DNA of 42,794 nt from Gemmatimonadales bacterium (lineage in GTDB: Bacteria; Gemmatimonadota; Gemmatimonadetes; Gemmatimonadales; GWC2-71-9), in assembly GCA_035262825.1 (NCBI GenBank), contig DATFSB010000207.1:1-42794 (forward strand). The letters run 5' to 3'. Both the position numbers and the translations under genes were made by a program. Within the stretch, counting starts at the first letter, position 1; each line of letters starts with the position of its first letter. The notes beneath the pieces were generated by a model. The model was not told the DNA's origin and made no database searches. It saw only the letters and a program-made list of their open reading frames with translations. This document shows positions 34,043-42,017 of the stretch, one piece after another.

Positions 34043-36923
34043 ACTGTAGCTTGACCAGCAGCTGGTTGGAGTCGAACGCGAAGCGGTCATTGAGATTACG
34101 CAGCATGTTGTGATTGAAGACGACGAACAGGTCGCCGAGGGGATTGAAGGTCCAGCGGAGCCGCGTGTTGGTGCCGAGGTTGCGGCTTTCGTTGTCGTAT
34201 TGCAGGAAGCTCGACACTTGCAAGTCGGCCGAGACGTTCACCTGCACCCGGCCGCTGTAGAGCCGCTGCACGAAGTCTCCAACCGGCAGCCGCGCGCTGT
34301 TGCGCTCCCAGCCCAGCTCCGCGGTGAGGAAAGCCGACGGCTTCATGCGCACCGTCAGCGCGAGACTGTGGAGGTGACCGCCGTAGAACGAGCCGGTCGA
34401 CCACGTCGCCTCGCCGTTGAAACGGCGTTTGGCCGCGAGCGCTCCCTGCACGGTGTAGCGGGTCCAGCGGTACGAACCCGCGGGCACGACGACCGACGTG
34501 GTATCGCTGCTGAACAGCTCGAAGTCTTCGGTCGGGCGATCGCCCTGCGGCTCGATGTCGAACTCGAAGCGGTCGCCGCTTTCCAGCTGCCAGTCGAGCG
34601 GCTTGAAGGACAGGATGTAGCTCTCCCACCGCCCATGCAGGTCGCTGATCACCGCCGGGTTGAACTCGAAGAACATCTGGCGCACCAGCGGCCACGCCGG
34701 GCGCGGCCGGAACCCGGCCTCGACCTGCCACAGCTGCACGCCCGTGCGGGGGACGAAGGACAGCGACGGGTTGAAGCGCTCGCCGATGCGCTTGTAGCGC
34801 AGCGAGACGTCCCACAAGTCATTGGGATAATCGATCATCCCGCCGAAGGCGTTGTCGCTCCCGATGTCATCGCGGTGGTTGTGCAGCCCCCACACACCCA
34901 TGATGAGATTCTTGTCGCCCTTGAATTCGGACGTCTGGAAGGTGAAGTCGGCCCCGGTCATCCAGCTGCCGGCGATGCCGAGGGGATCGCCGAAGGTGGC
35001 GATCAGTCCCGCCGACGATTCCGACAGCACGTTCTGCTTGACGCGAAACGCGCCCATCGTGGCGTCGGTCGGCAGCGAATCGACGCCGCGCGTGCGCACG
35101 GCCAGGGCGCCGACATTGGTGTTGCCCATACGACCGTTGAGCTTGCCGCCGACGGTGATGGGGATCTGGAGTTGATCCTCAGCCTCGCCCTGCAGTCCGA
35201 TGCGGCGGCTGTGAAACGCGATCAGATCCTCGTCGTTGCCGACGCCGAACTCGAAGATGTCCGCGCCTTCGAGGAAGAACGTCCGCTTCTCGGGGAACAG
35301 CAGGTCGAACCGGGTCAGATTGGTCTGCCGCGCGTCCACCTCGGTCTCGCCGAAGTCGGTGTTCACGGTGAGCGAGGCGATCATGTTGGGACCCAGCTTC
35401 TTCGTCGCATCGAGACTGCCCTGGGTCTTGTAGACCCGCTCGGCGCCGGGGGCGGGCCGGTTGGCGTTGCCGACGATGCCGGGGCGGATGCTCAGCCCGA
35501 GACCGAGGTTGAACGCCGGCAGATCGGTGAGGTGCCCCGAATGGCTCGTCTGGTAGATCTCGTAGTCGCGGTTGGCCCCGGCCCAGCGACTGACCTCCAA
35601 CAGGCGCTGGACACGGCGCTGCACGTTGAAGCCCCACCCGGTCAGGTCCTGCTTGAAGCTCAGCGTCTTGATCGGGATGCGGATCTCGACGCTCCAGCCG
35701 CGCGCATCGCGCGCCGTGGCGGCTTCCCAGATACCGTCCCAATCGGTGTTGACGTCCTCGCCGTAGGCGGAGACGAGCCCATCGAACCGCGCGCCGTTGG
35801 GATTGACGGCGAAGACGTAACCGGTGCGCCCGTCCTCGAACGGATCGAGCACCAGCATGACGTGATCCTCGAGCTCGAGATCGAAGTCGCGCGTCTTCGC
35901 GAAGGCGACGATACCGGCGGGGTTCGAATCGCGGCACAGGATGCCGAAGATCAGCTCGCTGGGATTCGCGAGCACCTTCACGATCGTTTGGCCGGCCGGC
36001 CTGGCGCCCTCGGTCGGCTCGATGGTGACGAGGTCGACGATCGAATCCGCGCTGCTCCACGCCGGCTCGTCGAGGCGGCCGTCCAGCGTCACTTCGCTCT
36101 CGAACGTACTGGCGCGCAGGGTGGTCAGCGCCGCGGCGGCGGGCGCTCCCTCCGCCGCGCCGACGTCGAACGTGGCGCTCGTCACGGGACCGAGCCCCGG
36201 TGCCTTGACGGTGAGCGAGTACGTCCCCGGCTTGTCGATACGGAGATCGCCGAACGCGGCGACGCCGGCCACGGCGGTGACGGTGGTGGTGCCCGTCAGC
36301 TCGGCCTCCTCGTCGCCCGTTCCATCGGTGATCTCGACGGTCACGTTCGCGGTGAAGCTCTCGAGCGTCTGGCCGGTGGCGTCCCGCACTGTGATAGCGA
36401 CGGTCGGCTGAATGGGTGCGCCCGCCGCGGTGTGGCTCGGCTGCACGGTGAACTCGGCGCGCGCTGCTCCAGCGCCCGACCCTCCACCCGGTGCAGCCGT
36501 CACGACGGAGGTCGCGACGGCGACCGGCGCCGCCGCGGCAGCCGGGGCCGTCACGGCGAACGGCGCGCTCGTGACCTCGCCCACGCCCTCGACGGTAGCC
36601 GTGAGCTTGTACTCGGCTGCGGCGCTGTCGATGGAGAGCGCACTGAAGATTGCGACGCCGGCGACGGCGGTGACCTTCGTCGTGCCTGAAAGCTCCGCGT
36701 CTTCATTCCCAGAACCGTCGGAGATCTCCAGGGTAACGGCGCGCGCGAACGTCGTCACGGTCTGACCGGCCGCGTCGACCACACTCACCTGTACCGCCGG
36801 TGTGATCGTCGCGCCCGCAACCGTAGCGCTCGGTTGGACGGTGAAGACGAGATGCAGCGAGTCGAGCGGGACGGCGGGGCGTGAGACGAGCACGGTGCTG
36901 AACAGCAGGATTGTGGAGAGCAT
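34026..36923 (-). CDS. Outer-membrane DUF5916/CBM9-like barrel protein with two N-terminal Ig-like repeats, 965 aa
   Basis: ATG at 36923 is preceded by GGAGG. The CBM9-like segment is LDGRLDEPAWSSADSI...DHVMLVLDPFEDGRTGYVFAVNPNGARFDG...GWSVEIRIPIKTL. The DUF5916-like segment is TVNTDFGETEVDARQTNLTRFDLLFPEKRTFFLEG. The C-terminus is an aromatic-rich barrel end, ...LQYAYRL. Confidence 0.75.
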   Translation of the reverse strand: MLSTILLFSTVLVSRPAVPLDSLHLVFTVQPSATVAGATITPAVQVSVVDAAGQTVTTFARAVTLEISDGSGNEDAELSGTTKVTAVAGVAIFSALSIDSAAAEYKLTATVEGVGEVTSAPFAVTAPAAAAAPVAVATSVVTAAPGGGSGAGAARAEFTVQPSHTAAGAPIQPTVAITVRDATGQTLESFTANVTVEITDGTGDEEAELTGTTTVTAVAGVAAFGDLRIDKPGTYSLTVKAPGLGPVTSATFDVGAAEGAPAAAALTTLRASTFESEVTLDGRLDEPAWSSADSIVDLVTIEPTEGARPAGQTIVKVLANPSELIFGILCRDSNPAGIVAFAKTRDFDLELEDHVMLVLDPFEDGRTGYVFAVNPNGARFDGLVSAYGEDVNTDWDGIWEAATARDARGWSVEIRIPIKTLSFKQDLTGWGFNVQRRVQRLLEVSRWAGANRDYEIYQTSHSGHLTDLPAFNLGLGLSIRPGIVGNANRPAPGAERVYKTQGSLDATKKLGPNMIASLTVNTDFGETEVDARQTNLTRFDLLFPEKRTFFLEGADIFEFGVGNDEDLIAFHSRRIGLQGEAEDQLQIPITVGGKLNGRMGNTNVGALAVRTRGVDSLPTDATMGAFRVKQNVLSESSAGLIATFGDPLGIAGSWMTGADFTFQTSEFKGDKNLIMGVWGLHNHRDDIGSDNAFGGMIDYPNDLWDVSLRYKRIGERFNPSLSFVPRTGVQLWQVEAGFRPRPAWPLVRQMFFEFNPAVISDLHGRWESYILSFKPLDWQLESGDRFEFDIEPQGDRPTEDFELFSSDTTSVVVPAGSYRWTRYTVQGALAAKRRFNGEATWSTGSFYGGHLHSLALTVRMKPSAFLTAELGWERNSARLPVGDFVQRLYSGRVQVNVSADLQVSSFLQYDNESRNLGTNTRLRWTFNPLGDLFVVFNHNMLRNLNDRFAFDSNQLLVKLQYAYRL
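36162..36854 (-). repeat. Internal tandem duplication encoding two ~100-aa Ig-like domains
   Basis: LVFTVQPSATVAGATITPAVQVSVVDAAGQTVTTFARAVTLEISDGSGNEDAELSGTTKVTAVAGVAIFSALSID aligns with EFTVQPSHTAAGAPIQPTVAITVRDATGQTLESFTANVTVEITDGTGDEEAELTGTTTVTAVAGVAAFGDLRID. Confidence 0.7.
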
Positions 36924-37224
36924 ATCCGTCCTCCGCAGCAAATTCTCTGCGCGCATTTCCCCGTGCGTGCGTCGTCCAACCCGGCTAACGGCGGAGTAAC
37001 GGTGGGGTCGAACGTTCCGCGTCACCATACATGCGCGGATAGGACGACGTATAACTTTTGGTAGCATGGTTCTATTGCCGAGCCCGCGCATCATCGCGGC
37101 CGTTCTGCCACAGAAGGGTGCGACATTTTCTCCTATCGGCATCACCGCGCGCGGGCTATTTTTTCGCCTGTCGCATCGCCGTCTATCGCAAGACCGAGAG
37201 TGAACCGGGCGCGAGACATCGCCT

Positions 37225-38949
37225 ATGGCTGATGTGGAAATGACGAAGCGGGTCGTCGGTGATTACGCGCCGCGCATCCGTGCCGAGCGCCTGATCGCGA
37301 CGAGTCGCGTTGTCCTGGCCGGGTTCTCGCTCCTGGCGGTCTGGCTGGACCCGTACACCCCCACAGCGCACGGCCAGACACTCTATATCCTGCTGCTGGG
37401 CTACGTCGTGTTCGCGCTGGCGGTGGCCGCTGTGGTATGGCTCGCTCACGTTCCGCTGGCACAGCTGGGGCTCGGCAGCCACGTTCTCGACGTCTCGCTG
37501 TTCTGCGTGCTGACCTACCTCACCGAAGGTCCGACGAGTCCGTTCTTCACCTACTTCATGTTCTCGATCGTCGGCGCCACGCTGCGCTGGCATCTGCGCG
37601 GTGCGCTATGGACCGCGGCGGTCGCGCTGGTCGCGTTCAATGGGATCGGGGTGTACGGCAGCGAGGTGATGAACGACCCAGCGTTCGAGGAGAACCGGTT
37701 CATCATCCGCAGCGTCTACCTCGCGGTGATGGCCGGCCTCCTGGGATATCTCGGCGCCTACGAGGACCGGCGGCGCCGGGAGATGTCGGCTCTCGCGGGG
37801 TGGCCGTGGACCACCGCGCGCGAACAGATGGTGCCACACCCCGAGATCCTGCAGAGCGCGGCGCGCATCCTCGCCGCCCCGCGCGTGCTGCTGGCCTGGG
37901 AAGAGCCGGACGAGCCGTGGCTCCATCTGGCCACCTGGAACAGCGGCGAATACCGGACGTGGCGGGAAGCCCCTGAGACGTTCCAGCCGGTGGTCGCCGA
38001 GCCGCTCGCCGGGCTGACGTTTCTGTCGAAAGACGTCCGCGGCCAGGCGCCGGTGATCCTGCGGCAAGCCCCCCACGAGCGCCGCGGCTGGCGTGGGGCC
38101 CCCATCCACCCGGCGTTGCAGGAGCGCTTCGGGATTGCTGCGGTCCTGTGTCTCCCACTCCACGGCGAATGCCTGGACGGTCACCTGTTCGCCCTCGATA
38201 AACGGCGCATGACGGGGGACGACCTGTTGCTCGGAGACGTCGTCGCCCACCAGGTTGTCTCCTCCATGGATCAATCCTTGCTGTCTCGACGGCTGCGGCA
38301 GGCTGCGGCGGCGGAAGAGCGCATTCGCCTGTCGCGGGACCTGCACGACGGCGTGCTGCAATCTCTGACGGGAGCGGCGCTCCAGCTGCAGACGGTGCAG
38401 CGCCTGTGGGAGGCAGAGCCCGATGGCGCGCGGGAACGGGTGGGAGCGATCCAGCGGCTCATCGCCGAGGAGCAGCGCAACCTGCGCGGCTTCATTCGCG
38501 ACTCGCAGCTGGCGCCGGCCGGACTCACGACGGGCACCGAGGGCCTGCACGCCGGGTTGCGCGAGCTCGTACACCGTCTCGAGGGACTGTGGGGGCTACG
38601 GGTGATGCTGCAGCTCGATCACCTCGAGGAGCAAGCCTCGGACGCGCTGACGTACGACCTCTGCCTCATCGTCCAGGAGGCGCTGGTCAACGCCGCGCGG
38701 CACGCAGCGGCCTCGGACGTCCGGGTCGACGTCGCATCGGCGGACGGACAGGTCCACGTGGTCGTGACCGACAACGGTCGCGGCTTTCCTTTCCTAGGAG
38801 ATTATGACCACGCGGCTCTCATGTCCCTCGGGATCGGACCGGTGATGCTGAAGCAGCGCATCAAATCGCTCGGCGGGACGCTCGCCATCCGTTCGACGCC
38901 GGCGGGTGCCCGTCTCGACATCCGCGTGCCGCGCGGCCCGGGAAACTGA
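37225..38949 (+). CDS. Sensor histidine kinase (multi-TM N-domain + GAF-like + HisKA_3 + HATPase_c), 574 aa
   Basis: Five to six N-terminal TM spans, H-box LSRDLHDGVLQSLTGAAL, N-box IVQEALVNAARHA and G-box DNGRGF. Confidence 0.85.
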   Translation: MADVEMTKRVVGDYAPRIRAERLIATSRVVLAGFSLLAVWLDPYTPTAHGQTLYILLLGYVVFALAVAAVVWLAHVPLAQLGLGSHVLDVSLFCVLTYLTEGPTSPFFTYFMFSIVGATLRWHLRGALWTAAVALVAFNGIGVYGSEVMNDPAFEENRFIIRSVYLAVMAGLLGYLGAYEDRRRREMSALAGWPWTTAREQMVPHPEILQSAARILAAPRVLLAWEEPDEPWLHLATWNSGEYRTWREAPETFQPVVAEPLAGLTFLSKDVRGQAPVILRQAPHERRGWRGAPIHPALQERFGIAAVLCLPLHGECLDGHLFALDKRRMTGDDLLLGDVVAHQVVSSMDQSLLSRRLRQAAAAEERIRLSRDLHDGVLQSLTGAALQLQTVQRLWEAEPDGARERVGAIQRLIAEEQRNLRGFIRDSQLAPAGLTTGTEGLHAGLRELVHRLEGLWGLRVMLQLDHLEEQASDALTYDLCLIVQEALVNAARHAAASDVRVDVASADGQVHVVVTDNGRGFPFLGDYDHAALMSLGIGPVMLKQRIKSLGGTLAIRSTPAGARLDIRVPRGPGN

Positions 38950-38951
38950 CA

Positions 38952-39590
38952 GTGTCCATCCGCCTCGTGCTCGCCGACGATCACCCGATCGTGCTCGACG
39001 GTCTCGAGACCCTGTTCCGCCTGGAGCCGGACTTCGAGGTCGCGGCCCGCTGCGTGAGCGGCGAAGAAACGGTGGTCGCGGTGCGGCGCCACCGCCCCGA
39101 CGTCCTGGTGCTCGACATTCACATGCCGCGCAAGGACGGCCTCGCGGTGCTGCGCGACCTGCAACACGACAAGCTGCCGACGAAAGTCGTCCTGCTGGCC
39201 GCAGTCCTGGAAGAGGAGGAGGTGCTCGAGGCGTTGCGACTGGGCGTGCGCGGCATGGTCCTGAAGGAGCTCGCCCCGCAGATGGTGGTCCAATGCGTGC
39301 GCAAAGTGCACGCGGGGGAGCAGTGGCTCGAGAAGCATGCAGTGAGCCGGGTGGTCGATTCCTTGCTGCGCCGCGAGGCCGGTGAGCGCGAGGCCGCGAA
39401 CGTGCTCACGCCGCGGGAGATCGAGATGGTCGCGATGGTCGCTCGAGGATTGCGCAACAAGGAGATGTCGAAGCGCCTCGCGATCAGCGAGGGCACGGTC
39501 AAAATCCACCTGCACCACATCTACCGGAAGTTGAAGGTCGAGAACCGGGTGGAGTTGATCCTGTACGCGCAGTCCAAGCGTCTGGTGTGA
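38952..39590 (+). CDS. NarL/LuxR-family response regulator, 212 aa
   Basis: GTG start 2 nt after the kinase stop. Motifs: LADDHPIV, DVLVLDIHMPRKDG and the HTH LTPREIEMVAMVARGLRNKEMSKRLAISEGTVKIHLHHIYRKL. Confidence 0.9.
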   Translation: MSIRLVLADDHPIVLDGLETLFRLEPDFEVAARCVSGEETVVAVRRHRPDVLVLDIHMPRKDGLAVLRDLQHDKLPTKVVLLAAVLEEEEVLEALRLGVRGMVLKELAPQMVVQCVRKVHAGEQWLEKHAVSRVVDSLLRREAGEREAANVLTPREIEMVAMVARGLRNKEMSKRLAISEGTVKIHLHHIYRKLKVENRVELILYAQSKRLV

Positions 39591-39636
39591 TACAACGGCT
39601 ATTGCCAAGGAGTTAGCCGGCCCGTAGGCTTACGCC

Positions 39637-40602
39637 GTGCCCGAGGCAGCATCCCAGTCCCGAGCCCCGCGTCCCGTCATCATCGACACGGATCCCGGGA
39701 TCGACGACACCATCGCCTTGCTCCTCGCCCTGCAGTCCCCCGAGCTCGAGGTGCGAGGCCTCGCCGCGACGTACGGCAACACCACTGTCGAGCACGCCTA
39801 CCGCAACTGCATCGCCATCCTGCGCCGGCTCAACCGGCGCCTGCCCCTCGCCGTCAGCGCCCGGCGTCCGCTGAAACGCGCCCTCGCCACGGCCCCGGAG
39901 ACACATGGCGCATCGGGCCTGGGCGACGCGCCCGTTCCGAGCGCGGGAGTGATCCTCGATTACGTCAAGCCGCTCGATCGCCTGCTCGCCGAGCAGCCGG
40001 AGCCGGTGACGCTCGTGACGCTGGGGCCGGTGACCGGGCTCGCCCTCGCGCTGCGCCGCGACGCGGAGCTGGTCCGTGAAAAGGTGTCGCGCCATCTCGC
40101 GATGATCGGGAACATCAAGTCCGCCGGCAACACGACGAAGTACAGCGAGTTCAACGCGTGGTGCGACCCCGAGGCGCTGCGCGAGGTGTTGCGCGCCGAG
40201 CTGCCCACCGAGATCATCGGACTCGATGTGACGCGGCAGTTCGTCCTGCCGGGGTCCACGATTGACCGCCTCGGTCAGTCCGGCGACGACGGTCAGCAAT
40301 GGCTCTTTGCCGCGCTGCGCTACTACCTCGCCTTCCACCGCGAGCGCGAGCATCTCGACGGCTGCGTTCTGAACGATGTGCTGCCGATCGCGGAGCTGCT
40401 GGCGCCGGGGACGCTCACATTCGAACCTTTGCGGATCAAGGTCGAAGTCGCAGACGGTGAAAACCGGGGCCGCACCCGGGTCGATCCCGAAGGCTCGAAA
40501 GCGCGCGTCGCCACGGCGGTGCGGGCGGACGTCGCCCATCGCCTCGTCGCCGACCGCGTTCTGGCAGCTTCCCCGCCGGCCTGGGCTGGCGCGGCGCCGT
40601 GA
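39637..40602 (+). CDS. Nucleoside hydrolase (IUNH family), 321 aa
   Basis: VIIDTDPGIDDTIALLLAL signature. GTG start. Confidence 0.85.
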   Translation: MPEAASQSRAPRPVIIDTDPGIDDTIALLLALQSPELEVRGLAATYGNTTVEHAYRNCIAILRRLNRRLPLAVSARRPLKRALATAPETHGASGLGDAPVPSAGVILDYVKPLDRLLAEQPEPVTLVTLGPVTGLALALRRDAELVREKVSRHLAMIGNIKSAGNTTKYSEFNAWCDPEALREVLRAELPTEIIGLDVTRQFVLPGSTIDRLGQSGDDGQQWLFAALRYYLAFHREREHLDGCVLNDVLPIAELLAPGTLTFEPLRIKVEVADGENRGRTRVDPEGSKARVATAVRADVAHRLVADRVLAASPPAWAGAAP

Positions 40603-41564
40603 CCGCCCCCGACGGGGGCGCCCTTCCCCGCAAGGTGGCGGTGATCGGGGCCGGCTCGATCGGCGGCGGATGGGCGGCGCTGTGCGCCTCCGCGGGATGG
40701 CCGGTCACGATCTTTGACACCAACGCACGCGCTACCGAGGACGCCGTGGTAGATGTCCCGCGCCGGGCCCGCGCGTTGATCGGCCTGGGACGGGCGACCC
40801 CTGGGATCGTCGAGCGCGGACTCATGGAGTTTCAGCAGGCCAAGAGCCTGCTGCAGGCGGTGCGCGATGCGGACTGGGTGATCGAAGCGATCCACGAAGA
40901 CCTCGGCGCCAAGCAGCGTTTGCTCGAATCGATCGAGCAGGTCGCGGACCCCGAGGCGATCGTGACGTCGTCGTCGTCGGGGCTCGCCCCGGGCGACCTG
41001 TTCGGGCGGTTGCTGCAGCGGCAACGCTGCCTGGTGGCGCACCCCCTGAACCCGCCAGAGCTGCTGCCGATCGTGGAGCTGGTTCCTGCCGAAGAGACAG
41101 AGGCGGCGACCGTGGAGCGCGCCAAGACCTATCTGCACGCGCTGGGCCGCATGCCGATCGTGCTGCACAAGGCCGTGCCCGGATACGTCGTCGGGCGCAT
41201 CGCCGCGGCGGTCTGGCGCGAGTGCATCGACCTCGTCTTGAAGGGCGCCATCGACGTCTCGGATCTCGACCGGGCCGTGTCGCTCGGCCCGGCGCTGGGC
41301 TGGGCCGCGGCGGGACCCCACCTGACCTACCACCTCGGCGCCGGCGCGGGAGGCGTCCATATCTTCCTGCAGCAGCTACTCACCAGTTTCGAGCAGTGGT
41401 GGGGCGACCTGGCGTCGTGGGAACGGCTCGACGCGAGCCAGCAGCGGGCCCTGATCGCGGCGATCGAGAAAGCGTACGACGACAAGATTGTGATGCTGCG
41501 GTTTGCACGCGATAAGAGACTTGGAGCGATACTCCGGGCATTGGAGCAGGCCAGAAATACGTAA
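40599..41564 (+). CDS. 3-hydroxyacyl-CoA dehydrogenase family protein (L-carnitine dehydrogenase-like), 321 aa
   Basis: Rossmann motif VAVIGAGSIGGGWA, plus HPLNPPELLPIVELVP. GTGA overlap with the upstream stop. Confidence 0.75.
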   Translation: MTAPDGGALPRKVAVIGAGSIGGGWAALCASAGWPVTIFDTNARATEDAVVDVPRRARALIGLGRATPGIVERGLMEFQQAKSLLQAVRDADWVIEAIHEDLGAKQRLLESIEQVADPEAIVTSSSSGLAPGDLFGRLLQRQRCLVAHPLNPPELLPIVELVPAEETEAATVERAKTYLHALGRMPIVLHKAVPGYVVGRIAAAVWRECIDLVLKGAIDVSDLDRAVSLGPALGWAAAGPHLTYHLGAGAGGVHIFLQQLLTSFEQWWGDLASWERLDASQQRALIAAIEKAYDDKIVMLRFARDKRLGAILRALEQARNT

Positions 41565-41600
41565 GGAGAAGGCGTCTTGTCCTTACGTCTTTTGCTTTCC
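41560..41600. terminator. Hairpin between convergent genes (possible bidirectional terminator)
   Basis: CGTAAGGA (41560-41567) pairs perfectly with TCCTTACG (41580-41587) around a 12-nt loop, followed by TCTTTTGCTTT. It overlaps both stop codons. Confidence 0.45.
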
Positions 41601-42017
41601 AGCTCGGACCATCAACACCGGCACCGTCGTGATGTGCCTCAACTCGCTGGCGACACTCCCTCGAACGACGTCGGCCAGCAGCCGGTGCCCGTGCGTCGCC
41701 ATGGCGATGAGGTCGCACTTCTCCCGCTCCGCGGCGGCGGCGATTTCGCGCGCCGGATCGCCCGCCGCCAGGACGGCTTCGACGTTGAACCCATCCTGCC
41801 GCAGCTCGTTGCAGACCCGGTCGAGGTAGCCGAAGTCCTCCTTCATCTCCTCCGATTCCCGCAGGTCGAGCTGCTGGATGTTGCGCGCCACCCACCCATC
41901 GGCGACGTGAATCAGCACGAGCGCCGCGTGGGACGAGTTGGCGAGCGGGCGGATGTAGGTGAGGATCGCCTCGTCGGTGGGCGAGTGCTCGAGCGGCACG
42001 AGGATGCGCTTGAACAT
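41583..42017 (-). CDS. Universal stress protein (UspA family), 144 aa
   Basis: Internal ATG at 42017 ([12 protein letters not shown]...). Motifs: LIAMATHGH and VASELRHITTVPVLMV. ATGA overlap with the Nramp stop. Confidence 0.85.
   Translation of the reverse strand: MFKRILVPLEHSPTDEAILTYIRPLANSSHAALVLIHVADGWVARNIQQLDLRESEEMKEDFGYLDRVCNELRQDGFNVEAVLAAGDPAREIAAAAEREKCDLIAMATHGHRLLADVVRGSVASELRHITTVPVLMVRAGKQKT

Noticed and set aside
27459-36689. Very long plus-strand ORFs antisense to the RND and DUF5916 genes: 27459..29684 (741 aa), 30069..33191 (1040 aa) and 34110..36689 (859 aa).
   Set aside because: These are classic high-GC shadow ORFs. Their composition is dominated by R/D/H/G/E/Q, and they have no TM segments or motifs. 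The opposite strand encodes unmistakable RND and barrel proteins.
18476-36923. Interpreting the supercluster as a standard Cus/Czc heavy-metal resistance determinant.
   Set aside because: There is no CusB/CzcB-length adaptor, no CusC/CzcC OMF and no CusF/CopZ-like chaperone or metal-sensing CusRS/CzcRS OmpR-type pair. By eye, the CusA Met-site position is not Met. I therefore left the substrate open.
37058-37243. 61-aa ORF inside the divergent control region.
   Set aside because: It has no SD, odd composition and overlaps the kinase start. More likely this is non-coding promoter or operator DNA.
2591-41360. Other long antisense or off-frame ORFs, for example 2591..3844(+), 9291..10550(+), 16139..17134(-), 17642..18469(-), 22630..23685(-), 25372..26466(+), 37606..38574(-), 39613..40539(-) and 40323..41360(-).
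   Set aside because: Same shadow-ORF signature: Arg-rich low complexity. Each is fully contained within a motif-supported gene on the other strand or frame.
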